From contig WGAY01000036.1 in the NCBI GenBank assembly GCA_015494585.1, forward strand, positions 9,462-73,461: a DNA stretch of 64,000 nucleotides. The letters run 5' to 3'. The DNA comes from Candidatus Omnitrophota bacterium (GTDB lineage Bacteria > Omnitrophota > Gorgyraeia > S143-82). Shown here one piece after another: positions 21,481 to 31,340 of this stretch (positions within the stretch are counted from its first letter, which is position 1; each line of letters opens with the position of its first letter). A program made the position numbers and the translations under genes. A model generated the notes under the pieces. That model was not told the DNA's origin and searched no databases. It was given only the letters and a program-made list of their open reading frames with translations.

Positions 21481-21897
21481 TTACTGCGCAGGTTGCGGTT
21501 GAGTGGCAATTTCCTGCTTTTTGTCTTCTGGCAATACCATTAAGGCATTCTTGAGATTCTCTTCTAATGTCTCTTTTAATCTGTTTAACTTCTCAAGTTC
21601 ATTCCTCAAATATTCTATCTCTTTCTTTGACTTGGAGATCTCTGCTTTGAGTTTCTTATTCTCGCTTATCAAGGCCTTATTTTTGCTCATTACCTCCTGG
21701 GCATCTTTTGTGGCCTGTTTAACTGTGGCCTCTAGTTCTCTAACCTTGTTTTCTATAGCCACTCTCTTCTGTTGTTCATCGGCAAGCATGGAATAGGCCT
21801 TCTTGGCCTTTACCGAAGAAAGTAGGCCAAATAACAAAGATAAAATTGTAACCAGAACTAAAATTACAACGCCCCATTTTTTGGTCTCTTCTACCAT
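21481..21897 (-). CDS. Membrane-anchored coiled-coil protein
   Basis: N-terminal TM followed by K/E-rich heptads; GGAGG RBS. Confidence 0.7.
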   Translation of the reverse strand: MVEETKKWGVVILVLVTILSLLFGLLSSVKAKKAYSMLADEQQKRVAIENKVRELEATVKQATKDAQEVMSKNKALISENKKLKAEISKSKKEIEYLRNELEKLNRLKETLEENLKNALMVLPEDKKQEIATQPQPAQ

Positions 21898-21908
21898 TGT
21901 CCCCCTCC

Positions 21909-22598
21909 TTATTTGAGTTCTTCTTCCTCACCCCTGACGACATTATTGCCCTCTATAGGCGTGGTATCTGGCTGTACTTTTTGCAGTTCAGGCAGTATTA
22001 CTATCTCCACCCTACGGTTTTTCTTTCGCCCTTCAGGAGTATCATTGGAAGCAATGGGTTTATACTCCCCATAGCCAATTGCAGTTAATCGATTAGGCGG
22101 AACGCCTTTTTTCTCTAGATAATGCAGGACATTTACTGCCCTGGCTAGTGAAAGCTCCCAATTCGACTTCCAACCAGAGTATTTTATCGGTTGATTGTCT
22201 GTATGTCCTTCGATCCCTATATTTCTATCGGCAATCTTATTAGTCAATATATAGGCAACCTTGTCGAGAACCGGATAGGCCTCTGGTTTGATATCTGCCT
22301 TTCCAGAATCGAACAAAATATCAGAGGTAAGGGTAATGACAATCCCTCTATTTGTAAGATTTAAACTAACATCTTTATTGGCTATCTCCTCTTTCAATCG
22401 CTTTTCCAAAAGGGCCTTTATCTTTTTTAGCTCTTCTAATTCGCTCTGCTTGATCTGAACCTCTTTTTGTGTCTCTGAGAGTTTGCTTTCTAGTTCAGAG
22501 ATTTTCTCAACATCCGAAGAGAGTCGCTTTTGTATAACAATCGAACAACCCGGGAAAAAGAAAACCCCTAAAAACAGTGCCAAAATCCACCTTATCAT
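21909..22598 (-). CDS. OmpA/MotB-family peptidoglycan-binding lipoprotein with coiled coil
   Basis: Lipobox-like FPGC, ILFDSG, IEGHTDN, SNWELSLARA, NRRVEI. Confidence 0.9.
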   Translation of the reverse strand: MIRWILALFLGVFFFPGCSIVIQKRLSSDVEKISELESKLSETQKEVQIKQSELEELKKIKALLEKRLKEEIANKDVSLNLTNRGIVITLTSDILFDSGKADIKPEAYPVLDKVAYILTNKIADRNIGIEGHTDNQPIKYSGWKSNWELSLARAVNVLHYLEKKGVPPNRLTAIGYGEYKPIASNDTPEGRKKNRRVEIVILPELQKVQPDTTPIEGNNVVRGEEEELK

Positions 22599-22671
22599 AT
22601 TTCCCTCCTATATACTCAACATTTTCGTGAACAAATATGGTAACACAGGCCCATAAAAAAACAAGCAAAAT

Positions 22672-23073
22672 TGGTGGAGGTGCGGGGAATCGAACCCCGG
22701 TCCCTATCGCGGATGCAGGAGAGGCCCTACATGCTTAGTTGCCCTATTGGATTTCACTGCAGGCATGCCGGGCAACGGGCTTACCTGCAGCTAGCCTTTT
22801 AATACTCCTAAGGTACAAAGGCAAACTCCCTTAAGAGGCTGCTATAGTTCTCTGCTGTGCAGGCCTAACAGCAAACCCACACAACAGGCCTTGTTAATTA
22901 CCTAACAAGGGCTGGAGCAAAGGCCATAGGCATTGCACCTGCGTTTGCAATAGCCTCTGCCTCTGCAATGAGTGCTTCATCGGCACTTATTTTACGGGTT
23001 TTTTACGAGGCCACCCGAACCTCGGCATGCTCCTCTCGAGCACCTTTCGCATAGGTCGAGTCCGTACACCCCC
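22672..23073 (-). ncRNA. ssrA: tmRNA (transfer-messenger RNA)
   Basis: 5' GGGGGTGTACGGACTCGAC, 3' GGTTCGATTCCCCGCACCTCCACCA; alanyl acceptor stem with G3-U; tag frame 22984-22898 after ATAAGT; stop codon in a hairpin loop. Confidence 0.96.
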
Positions 23074-23171
23074 ATATTGTCAAAGTACAACAAAATCAAT
23101 AAGATTTGACCTTATATTATAATACACGGGGAGTGGTAAAAAAGCAATAAAATTTATCAGACGGAAACTGG

Positions 23172-24260
23172 TTATCTCTTAATAACTGAATCAATCAATA
23201 CATCCAATCCTTCGCTAAACCTACGGAAACTAAACCGCTCAACATAATCAGGAAGTAATTTCTTCTTTTCTGACAATGATCTCTTATCGCCTACTATCAT
23301 ATTCAAAAACTTTGCTATCGAATTACTGTCTCCCTCTCGAATCAGAAATCCGACATCCTCATTAACGACTTCCTGTAACCCCCCTACCCGCGTTGCCAGG
23401 ACAGGTATACCAAGCTCCATTGCCTCAAGGGCCGCTAGGCCAAAACCCTCCTGACGGGATGGCATCAAAAAGAGATCAATAGCCGACCAGAATAATGCCT
23501 TATCTAAGGCGGTAGACTGATAGCAAAAGACCTTGCCCTGCAAGCTAGGATCTTTTAGATATTCCTTTAACTGCCCATCATAACGGACATCACTGGTAGT
23601 AAAGAAAAGCAAACATACTCCTTCCACGCTTTTCATTGCCTCTAAAGCAATATCCCAGCCCTTCACAGGTGAAAGTCTAGACAGCATTCCAACGACTAAC
23701 CTGTCTTCTGGCAGACCAAGATTTTGCCTGGCAATATCCCGTACCTGCAAGACCTTCTTCTTCAATAAATTCATTTCATCGGGATCAAGGCAATTATACA
23801 GGACTTCTATGCGGCCACTGTCATATCCCAGTTCAGTAATAAGCCAATCCTTTACTGCAGAGGATACAGCGATTGTAATATTTCCTTGGCACCTGAAAAT
23901 CCTCCGGCCAAGATTAGAGGAATAAAGTCCATGGGCCGTTGTAATATATGGTACTTTCTTTTTTCTAGAAACAATTGCAGATAAAACCGAGGTTATGCGT
24001 GTATGGGCCCATAATAGATTTACCCCCTCGCGAGAAACTATCTCCTCAATTCTACGATAAAGCATCAAATTATGAAAAGAAAACGCATTTTTCCCCTTAA
24101 TAGGAATTATATAATGCCTAACTCTACTCGAACATAATCCACCAGCCGTAGCAAGTAGCACACTATGGCCTCTCTCCTCAAGGGCCCTTTTTGCGGTAAG
24201 GATGTAGCTGGTAATACCACCTGGATTTATGTGATTTGAAAGGATCAAAATTTTAGCCAT
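23172..24260 (-). CDS. Glycosyltransferase family 4 (GT-B)
   Basis: PGG, TTAHG, SRLSPVKG, PSRQEGFGLAALEAM, GGLQEVV. Confidence 0.93.
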   Translation of the reverse strand: MAKILILSNHINPGGITSYILTAKRALEERGHSVLLATAGGLCSSRVRHYIIPIKGKNAFSFHNLMLYRRIEEIVSREGVNLLWAHTRITSVLSAIVSRKKKVPYITTAHGLYSSNLGRRIFRCQGNITIAVSSAVKDWLITELGYDSGRIEVLYNCLDPDEMNLLKKKVLQVRDIARQNLGLPEDRLVVGMLSRLSPVKGWDIALEAMKSVEGVCLLFFTTSDVRYDGQLKEYLKDPSLQGKVFCYQSTALDKALFWSAIDLFLMPSRQEGFGLAALEAMELGIPVLATRVGGLQEVVNEDVGFLIREGDSNSIAKFLNMIVGDKRSLSEKKKLLPDYVERFSFRRFSEGLDVLIDSVIKR

Positions 24261-24263
24261 AGA

Positions 24264-24488
24264 TTATATCCAGCTTCCACAGACACTGCACTTCTGTGGA
24301 CCTTCTCCTTTTTTTTCACAAATGGCATTGCAATAAGGACATTTTTTGACATCTGCCCTAGAAATAGTGCGGTTGCTGTTATCACGACTTTTTTCTCTCC
24401 AGTAATCTCTTGCCCACAGATAAAAAAGAGCCCCTATCCATAGACTCAAAAAAAAGACTATCCATACAGCAAAAGGGACCTTTAACAT
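24264..24488 (-). CDS. Small membrane protein with C-terminal zinc ribbon
   Basis: N-terminal TM; CPYC...CSVC; 3 bp from the GT4 start. Confidence 0.7.
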   Translation of the reverse strand: MLKVPFAVWIVFFLSLWIGALFYLWARDYWREKSRDNSNRTISRADVKKCPYCNAICEKKGEGPQKCSVCGSWI

Positions 24489-24497
24489 ATACCAATT

Positions 24498-24787
24498 ATC
24501 CCGGACTATGCATTAGGATTTCTTTTTCTTCCATCGATTTGTTAATCAATTCTCTTTCCTTATCCAAATATAACTCAAATCTAAAATCTCAAAAGTCAAA
24601 TCCACATCTTAAAACTTAAATCTTTTATTTTATCCTTTCTCTTCTCTTCATCGTCAGCTGAGCTTTTAATTCTTGCAATCCGTTTTTACCCTCCTTGGCT
24701 CCGCTTTCTCTTATACTCTATTTTAAAACAGTTTTGAGCTTTGAGTTGTGGTTTTTAGTTTTTAGTTAATATTAGTATAATTTGGGG
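24498..24787. repeat. Dispersed intergenic element, copy C
   Basis: Left ATCCCGGACTATGCATTAG, right TAGTATAATTTGGGG abutting the phoH stop; shares the 45-nt identical block and TTTGAGTTGTGGTTTTTAGTTTT arm with copy B. Confidence 0.8.
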
Positions 24788-26119
24788 TTACAGTTTCTCG
24801 GCTGCAAGGGAGGCAATGTCACTTCGCTCACTCTTTGTCAACATAATATGTCCAAAAAGACGCTCTCCCCGCAGGCGCTGCACACAATAGCTCAACCCAT
24901 TGCTAGCAGCATCTAAATAAGGACTGTCTATTTGATAGGGATCTCCTGTAAGTACTATCTTGCTCCTCTCCCCGACTCTCGAGATAATAGTCTTTACCTC
25001 ATGGGGAGAAAGGTTCTGGGCCTCATCTATTAATATGTATTGAGAAGGAATGCTCCTCCCGCGCATATAGGTAAGGGCCTCTATTTCTATTATCCCCTCT
25101 TCCAGGAATTTTTCTACCTCTATCTTAGAAAATTCCTTATGTCTGCCTTTGTGCTGGCGGTTGTTTAAAATAAATTCCAAATTATCGTATATTGGTCCCA
25201 TCCAGTTTGATAGTTTCTCTTCCTTTGTACCAGGCAAATACCCTATGTCTCTTCCTAGAGGCATTACAGGACGTGACACAAGCATCCTAGTGTAACTCTC
25301 CTCATCTATAACTTTATGCAAACCCGCCGCCAGGGCAAGCAAGGTCTTTCCTGTCCCTGCCGCACCCACCAGGGTAACCAGCTTTATGCTTTCATCCAAA
25401 AGCAGATGGAAGGCCATTACCTGTTCCTTATTTCTAGGTTTTATAGACCATATGGCCCCAGCTTTGTTTACAAGCGGAACCAATTTATTCTTCTCTGCCT
25501 TATAGATAGCAATTCCACTGTGATTGGGATTGTCTTCGTCTCGAACTACAATAAATTCGTTTGCAAACAATTCTATCTCCTGCTGCAGGGATAATTCCCC
25601 CTTTGAGAATAGTGTATCCATCTCTGTAAACGGCAGATAGATCTCACGCCATCCCTTATAAAGTTCGTCAAATTCGACCCTATCCTTCACAAAATCCTCT
25701 GCCCGTATACCAAAGGCATTTGCCTTTACCCTTAGATTTATATCTTTAGTAATAAAAATAACCTCTGTACTTGGGTCCTCTTTTTGAAGCAGATAAACGG
25801 TCATAAGCATCCTGTTGTCCGCAAGGTCCGGGCTTATACGAAGTGCCCTAGCCGCTTCACTTAGATCCAAAAAAGAAGGTATTCTGAGTCTTCCTCCATT
25901 CTCAAGGGAGACTCCCTCAGAAAAATTCCCCTGGCGTCTAAATGTATCGAGGGTCCTTATCACATCACGGGCATTCCTCCCTAGCTCATCGTCAACCCTC
26001 TTAAATTTATCTAGCTCCTCTAGGACCTCTATGGGGAGAATCACCTCGTTTTTGCCAAAAGAAAATAGTGCATTACTAGAGTGCAACAATACATTGGTAT
26101 CAATCACAAATCTTTTCAT
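24788..26119 (-). CDS. PIN-PhoH (PhoH2/YbeZ-like) RNase-ATPase
   Basis: PIN: FVIDTNVLLH, EELD, TKDINLRVKA; PhoH: GAAGTGKT, GYLPG, RGRS, DEAQN, GDPYQID; start moved to ATG 26119. Confidence 0.93.
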   Translation of the reverse strand: MKRFVIDTNVLLHSSNALFSFGKNEVILPIEVLEELDKFKRVDDELGRNARDVIRTLDTFRRQGNFSEGVSLENGGRLRIPSFLDLSEAARALRISPDLADNRMLMTVYLLQKEDPSTEVIFITKDINLRVKANAFGIRAEDFVKDRVEFDELYKGWREIYLPFTEMDTLFSKGELSLQQEIELFANEFIVVRDEDNPNHSGIAIYKAEKNKLVPLVNKAGAIWSIKPRNKEQVMAFHLLLDESIKLVTLVGAAGTGKTLLALAAGLHKVIDEESYTRMLVSRPVMPLGRDIGYLPGTKEEKLSNWMGPIYDNLEFILNNRQHKGRHKEFSKIEVEKFLEEGIIEIEALTYMRGRSIPSQYILIDEAQNLSPHEVKTIISRVGERSKIVLTGDPYQIDSPYLDAASNGLSYCVQRLRGERLFGHIMLTKSERSDIASLAAEKL

Positions 26120-26147
26120 CCCACTTCCCTTCTGTTGATATCGTAAA

Positions 26148-26909
26148 TCAAGCCTCTCTGACCTCAACCCCTCTAGTTTTGAGATAATCCTTTAGCTCAG
26201 ATATACTCAATTCATTATAGTGGAACAAAGATGCCGCAAGGGCTGCATCGGCTCCACCTTCTGTAAGGGCAGTATAAAAATCCTCCTTACTGCCTGCCCC
26301 ACCTGATGCAATGACTGGGATGGATACTGCTGAACTAACCGCACGTGTAAGTTCTATATCGTATCCCGCCTTAGTACCATCTCTATCCATGCTGGTCAAC
26401 AGGATCTCTCCCGCGCCTAAATCCTCCGCCCTCTTTGCCCACTCAACCGCATCCAGACCCGTATCTATTCTGCCCCCTTCAACAAATACATTCCAGGCCC
26501 CTTCCCTTACCTGTTTGGCATCTATAGCAACCACTATACATTGTCTCCCAAAGCGCCTTGCGCCATCCTTTATAAGAGAGGGATTACGCATAGCAGAAGT
26601 ATTAATAGAGACCTTATCCGCTCCAGCTAGAAGGAGATTTCGGATATCCTCTACAGTCCTTACCCCCCCACCAACCGTCAGAGGCATAAATACCTGCTCG
26701 GCTGTCCTCCTTACCACATCTATTATAATTCCTCTCTTTTCATAGCTTGCCGTTATATCCAGAAACACCAGTTCATCAGCTCCTTGCTCATCGTAGACAA
26801 CTGCATTTTCGACTGGATCGCCGGCATCCCTTAAGTCCAAAAAGTTTATCCCCTTTACCACACGTCCTTCCTTTACATCCAAACACGGTATTATACGCCT
26901 GGCCAGCAT
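26148..26909 (-). CDS. hisF: Imidazole glycerol phosphate synthase cyclase subunit
   Basis: [34 protein letters not shown]. Confidence 0.98.
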   Translation of the reverse strand: MLARRIIPCLDVKEGRVVKGINFLDLRDAGDPVENAVVYDEQGADELVFLDITASYEKRGIIIDVVRRTAEQVFMPLTVGGGVRTVEDIRNLLLAGADKVSINTSAMRNPSLIKDGARRFGRQCIVVAIDAKQVREGAWNVFVEGGRIDTGLDAVEWAKRAEDLGAGEILLTSMDRDGTKAGYDIELTRAVSSAVSIPVIASGGAGSKEDFYTALTEGGADAALAASLFHYNELSISELKDYLKTRGVEVREA

Positions 26910-26910
26910 T

Positions 26911-27495
26911 CTAATCCTCCAGAATATCCTTCATCATCTTCCGAACAAGAGACAGGGGAAAGCCCATCACATTATAAAAACAACCTTCTATTCTATTAAT
27001 AAAAGAGCCAGCAAATCCCTGTATGCCAAACCCTCCTGCCTTATCCAATACATCTTCTCGTCTTAAATATTCATCTATATCCTCATTTGACAAGGCATCC
27101 ATGAAAACCTTGGTTTTCTCTACGCCACATCTAACTTTATCACGATAAACCATATAAACACCCGTTAAAACCCAATGGGGATTTCTAGAGAGAAAATACA
27201 AAAATTCCTTTGCCTGAGACAAATCTGATGGCTTCCCAAATATCCTACCACAGAATACCACCGTATCTGCTGATATAAGCAGGGTATTCCTCTTTAAATT
27301 GCCAATTACTGACTCGGCCTTTACCCTGGCATTCTCCAACACCACTGACTCGGCTTGCCCCAGGTTTTCAGCAAAGTCTTTTTCCTTACACCCAGCTGGA
27401 ACAATCACATCAAAAGGCAAGCCAAAATAAGAAAACAGCTCCCTTCTTCTGGGAGAACCCGAAGCAAGAATAATCTCAACAGCATGCTTCAACAT
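26911..27495 (-). CDS. maf: Maf-family nucleoside triphosphate pyrophosphatase
   Basis: [33 protein letters not shown]. Confidence 0.96.
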   Translation of the reverse strand: MLKHAVEIILASGSPRRRELFSYFGLPFDVIVPAGCKEKDFAENLGQAESVVLENARVKAESVIGNLKRNTLLISADTVVFCGRIFGKPSDLSQAKEFLYFLSRNPHWVLTGVYMVYRDKVRCGVEKTKVFMDALSNEDIDEYLRREDVLDKAGGFGIQGFAGSFINRIEGCFYNVMGFPLSLVRKMMKDILED

Positions 27496-27496
27496 A

Positions 27497-28669
27497 TTAT
27501 CTACGCTTTAACTCCTCGATTTTCCTGTGAAGTAGAAATTTCTGTTGTGGAGAAAGTTGGGAAAGAAATACCCCCACCTGGTATACACCATCACCTATAT
27601 GCCGTTTCCATACGGTCTTAGCATCAACCAACAACCTCTCCCCATCACTAAATACTATTTCTAAATCATACAGCCCGCCTTCTTCTATCTCCACATTGGC
27701 AAAAAACATCATTCCCACTATACATATGTTTCTTGCCATTATCTTGTGTCCCTTACCAGAGGTATCGTAAAGCATAACGCGGACAGAATCTGTATCATCT
27801 AAATCCACCCTCTCCCAGTATCTCCTATTCCTAAAACTAATGCTTTTGTCTTGTTTCACAATAATACTAGTATCTCCACCTTTCTCTTTGGCCTGATACA
27901 GGGCATCATCTGCTACCCTGAAAAATTCCCTTACATTTGCATAGTCAGGAGAATATTCTACAATACCCGCACTAAAACTAAAGGAATTGTCTATACCTTC
28001 TATCTTAAATATCTCACTGTGTTCTCGTAATTTATTTTTTATGCTATCCAACCTCTCCTGAGCCAGTTCACCCGAACTACCAGGGAAAATAACCAGGAAT
28101 TCATCTCCACCATATCTAGTGACTATATCCGTAGGCTGAAGATTTTTCAAAAGGAATTTCCCAAACAGCCTCAGAAGCATATCCCCCTGAACACTTCCAA
28201 GACGCTCGTTCACCTTCTTAAAGTTATCTAAGTCAATAATTGCAATTGTCAAGGGCCTACTATGTTCTCTGATCTTTTCTATCTCATTCTCTAATACATC
28301 CAGCGCATAAAAGGTATTTCTTAATAGATCTTCTTCGTAACACCTGGAAATGTTTACTACTCGTTTGTTTCTCAGAGAAGCATAAAGTAATACGCCGATA
28401 GATATAAAAAATAATATCTTCGATGGAAGTAATCTTAGGGCCCATTCCCTGATCTGAACATCTACCAAGAACAACGTCTCAAAGAGTACATAGACCGAAA
28501 CAAGGCTAGACCAGAAAAGAGCGGGTTTCCCTCCCCACCACAAACCAACAAAGATTATAGGCAGACCGTAAAAATAATCTATTCCTAAGCCATAAGGACC
28601 TGCAGAGAGGGAAAACAAAAACAAACCCAGATATATGGCTGCAATAAAAAGAATCTGTCTTATATTCAT
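27497..28669 (-). CDS. Membrane diguanylate cyclase with C-terminal PilZ domain
   Basis: N-terminal TMs, DLDNFKKVN, RYGGDEF, ADDALYQAK, then RRYWER and NICIVG PilZ-like motifs. Confidence 0.88.
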   Translation of the reverse strand: MNIRQILFIAAIYLGLFLFSLSAGPYGLGIDYFYGLPIIFVGLWWGGKPALFWSSLVSVYVLFETLFLVDVQIREWALRLLPSKILFFISIGVLLYASLRNKRVVNISRCYEEDLLRNTFYALDVLENEIEKIREHSRPLTIAIIDLDNFKKVNERLGSVQGDMLLRLFGKFLLKNLQPTDIVTRYGGDEFLVIFPGSSGELAQERLDSIKNKLREHSEIFKIEGIDNSFSFSAGIVEYSPDYANVREFFRVADDALYQAKEKGGDTSIIVKQDKSISFRNRRYWERVDLDDTDSVRVMLYDTSGKGHKIMARNICIVGMMFFANVEIEEGGLYDLEIVFSDGERLLVDAKTVWKRHIGDGVYQVGVFLSQLSPQQKFLLHRKIEELKRR

Positions 28670-28896
28670 CTTATAAGCACCTCTACAACTTTATTTCTGC
28701 TCTTATGTCCTTTGACTATTTTAATACATCTTTTCGGAACATCCAAATATTCACTTAGGACATCGATTAACTGGGAATTGGCCTTATCGTCAAGAGGAGG
28801 TGCTGTTAAATATACCTTTAGAAGACCATTGTCCTGTCTGACGCTGATCTTTTTGGCCCGCGGTATAACTTTAACTTCAATAGTATATCTATTCAT
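28666..28896 (-). CDS. DUF167 (YggU) family protein
   Basis: VKVIPRA...LTAPP..DKAN..LI..LS...V.K..I.IV.G.KSR.K. Confidence 0.9.
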   Translation of the reverse strand: MNRYTIEVKVIPRAKKISVRQDNGLLKVYLTAPPLDDKANSQLIDVLSEYLDVPKRCIKIVKGHKSRNKVVEVLIR

Positions 28897-28912
28897 ATTG
28901 ATTCACATCTAA

Positions 28913-29983
28913 TCATTGACTCATTGCCTGGGTCAATGTAAATAATGGAAGGAACATAGAAATCACTATGAATCCGACAATCAATCCCATAGAAACTATC
29001 AAAAATGGTTCCAATATAGAAGTAAACGAGGAAACCATCAAATCTATCTCCTCGTCGTATATCTCGGCTATCTTCGATAACATCTCTGGTAGTGAGCCGG
29101 TCTCTTCTCCTATGCTTATCATCTCTACTACAAGAGGGGGAAATATAAAAGATTGAGCCTTTAGATAAGAACTTAGATCTTCTCCTTCCGAGACAACAAA
29201 TATAAGCCTTTGAATGATAGACTTAAACACGTCATTATTCACAGTACCTCTAACAACCTCCAAGGCGTCTATAACCGGCACACCACTTAGCAACAATGTA
29301 CCCAGGGTCTGAGAAAACCGACTTATATAGAACCTCTTCAATAGATTACCAATTAGAGGGATCCTCAGTTTAATCATATCCACTTTGTATTTAATCCTAG
29401 GAAACCGCAATAGAAACCTATAAACTGTCCATAGCGATAATATGAAGAGCAGGCCTATCCACCACTTACTTCTCAAAAAATCAGATACACCAAGCAAAAA
29501 TTTTGTCGGTAGAGGGAGGGCCTGATCATACTCCTTAAACATCTTCATAAAGGTAGGGACAACTACTGTCATTATTATAAAGACAATCAAAAACGCAACT
29601 AATAGAATAAAAGCAGGATATATAAGAGCAGAAAAGACCTTTTTGTTAGTCCTTTCTTGTTTCTCCAAGAACACCGCTAGACGCTGAAAAATATCATCTA
29701 GAATTCCTCCAACCTCAGCTACCTTTATCATATTCACATAGTAATCGGGAAAGATTTTGGGATAACGCTGCATCACCTCTGAGAGTTTTTCGCCCTGTTC
29801 CACTTGAAGTGCAATTGAACGCACTATCGATGAGAAATAGGGATCAGCCATTTGATTGGCAAGGGTATGAAGGGCTCGAACAAGTGGCAGCCCTGCCCTT
29901 AACATTATAGACAATTGGCGGGTAAAGTAAACAAGCTGCCCAGAAGTTATCCTTCCAGACAGCTTGGTCAAAAACTTCAACAT
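28913..29983 (-). CDS. pilC: Type IV pilus/T2SS platform protein (PilC/GspF)
   Basis: FTRQLSIMLRAGLPL, SALIYP, GEETGSL, LEP..I, MFLPLF. Confidence 0.92.
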   Translation of the reverse strand: MLKFLTKLSGRITSGQLVYFTRQLSIMLRAGLPLVRALHTLANQMADPYFSSIVRSIALQVEQGEKLSEVMQRYPKIFPDYYVNMIKVAEVGGILDDIFQRLAVFLEKQERTNKKVFSALIYPAFILLVAFLIVFIIMTVVVPTFMKMFKEYDQALPLPTKFLLGVSDFLRSKWWIGLLFILSLWTVYRFLLRFPRIKYKVDMIKLRIPLIGNLLKRFYISRFSQTLGTLLLSGVPVIDALEVVRGTVNNDVFKSIIQRLIFVVSEGEDLSSYLKAQSFIFPPLVVEMISIGEETGSLPEMLSKIAEIYDEEIDLMVSSFTSILEPFLIVSMGLIVGFIVISMFLPLFTLTQAMSQ

Positions 29984-29996
29984 GTTCGCTGTATTA

Positions 29997-31244
29997 TTAT
30001 TTTACTTCATCGCCCACTTTGATTGGCTGGTCGGAGTAGAATTTGATTATATCCGCAGCACAGACATCATCTTTTAACATCTTTACCTTTACCCTGGCTA
30101 TCTTACTTCCACCTCTAAGCACATCAAACTCCATTCCTTCAACAACGCCATCATTCTTTCCCAGATCTATGACTACAAAATTATGGGCCTCATTTACATT
30201 TAGAATCTTGCCTCCCTTTATTTCAGAATTAGATGAAGTAGAACTCTCAGAAGAAATTGCAGGCTTTTCTTCCCCTACTATTATCGGAGGTAGACTAACT
30301 ACTTTACTCTTAGAAAGGTTTTTAGATGCATCCACCTGAATCTTGCCCATCTTATCTGTAAGGGTTAATATCTTGTCTATGCTGTCTCTAACAACTGTAT
30401 TCATATCTTCAATATGACGTTTCAGGATATCCCTCTCCTCTTCTTTCCTCGCTAGTTCTTTTTCAAGGTATGTTTCACTCTTGGTTAACTTCACAACCTT
30501 ATTCTTAATAAGGTCATTTTCTTTCTGTATTTTCTCCAAGAGCTCGCTCATAGCACGTCTATCTTCTTTTTCCCGCACATAATCCCTAGTTAATATGTTT
30601 ATCATTCTCTTACTGTACTCAAGCTGGCGCAATAGTTCCATATTTTCAGACTGCAATTGGGAATACTTCAGCTCTAACTCCAATTTCTTTTGAATGGCCT
30701 CTTTCCTGGCAACTTCTTTTTCTCTTAATTCACTCTCTAACTTTTCAACCTTGGCCTCAAGTTCTGCCTTACGCTTTACCACATCCGCCCAGAATTCATC
30801 GGAAATAGTCTCTTGTTGGGTCTCTTTTCTACCAACCGATTTTGCCTTCTCCAACTGGGCCTTTAGATCCCCTATTTCTTCCTTCTTGGCATCCAACTGC
30901 TCTTCTAAACTGTTGATCTTTTCCTTTAAAGACACCTTTTCTTTAAGTACAGAATTATATTTTTCTTCCCACTTGCCCTTCTCGAGTTTCATAGAAGATA
31001 TCTGACTCTTATAAGTAGAGATGTCTTTTTTCAATCTTGAAATCTCATCATTAAGGCGAGCTATCTTTTGTTGTAAGGCCTGTTTTTCGCCAGCTAATCT
31101 CTTTGTAGTTTCGTCATAGCGTTGTTTCCAGGATATAATTCCCTTTTTGGCATTATTATAATCTAGGTAAAATTTTGCAGCAACTCCACCAAAGATAACG
31201 GCCAATAGAACAGCTACACTAGCAAACAGGGCTTCTCTATTCAT
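29997..31244 (-). CDS. Membrane-anchored long coiled-coil protein with C-terminal beta domain
   Basis: TM, ~280-aa coiled coil, C-terminal NFVVIDLGKNDGVVEGMEFDVLRG (FlgT_C-like pattern); start moved to ATG 31244. Confidence 0.7.
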   Translation of the reverse strand: MNREALFASVAVLLAVIFGGVAAKFYLDYNNAKKGIISWKQRYDETTKRLAGEKQALQQKIARLNDEISRLKKDISTYKSQISSMKLEKGKWEEKYNSVLKEKVSLKEKINSLEEQLDAKKEEIGDLKAQLEKAKSVGRKETQQETISDEFWADVVKRKAELEAKVEKLESELREKEVARKEAIQKKLELELKYSQLQSENMELLRQLEYSKRMINILTRDYVREKEDRRAMSELLEKIQKENDLIKNKVVKLTKSETYLEKELARKEEERDILKRHIEDMNTVVRDSIDKILTLTDKMGKIQVDASKNLSKSKVVSLPPIIVGEEKPAISSESSTSSNSEIKGGKILNVNEAHNFVVIDLGKNDGVVEGMEFDVLRGGSKIARVKVKMLKDDVCAADIIKFYSDQPIKVGDEVK

Positions 31245-31340
31245 CCTATCCCCCTTTTTAAACCCTCTCCAGTTAGTCAACAACAGAAAAGCAATCCGAA
31301 ATAGATATCAACCACCTGCGGCATTATTATAACAAAAAGC

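Noticed and set aside
22600-22700. tmRNA or tRNA 3' ends as prophage/island integration sites
   Set aside because: No integrase and no duplicated 3' end fragment found in the window
24788-26119. PIN-PhoH as a toxin-antitoxin or defence module
   Set aside because: No antitoxin-sized upstream gene (hisF precedes it); this fusion is widespread and housekeeping-like
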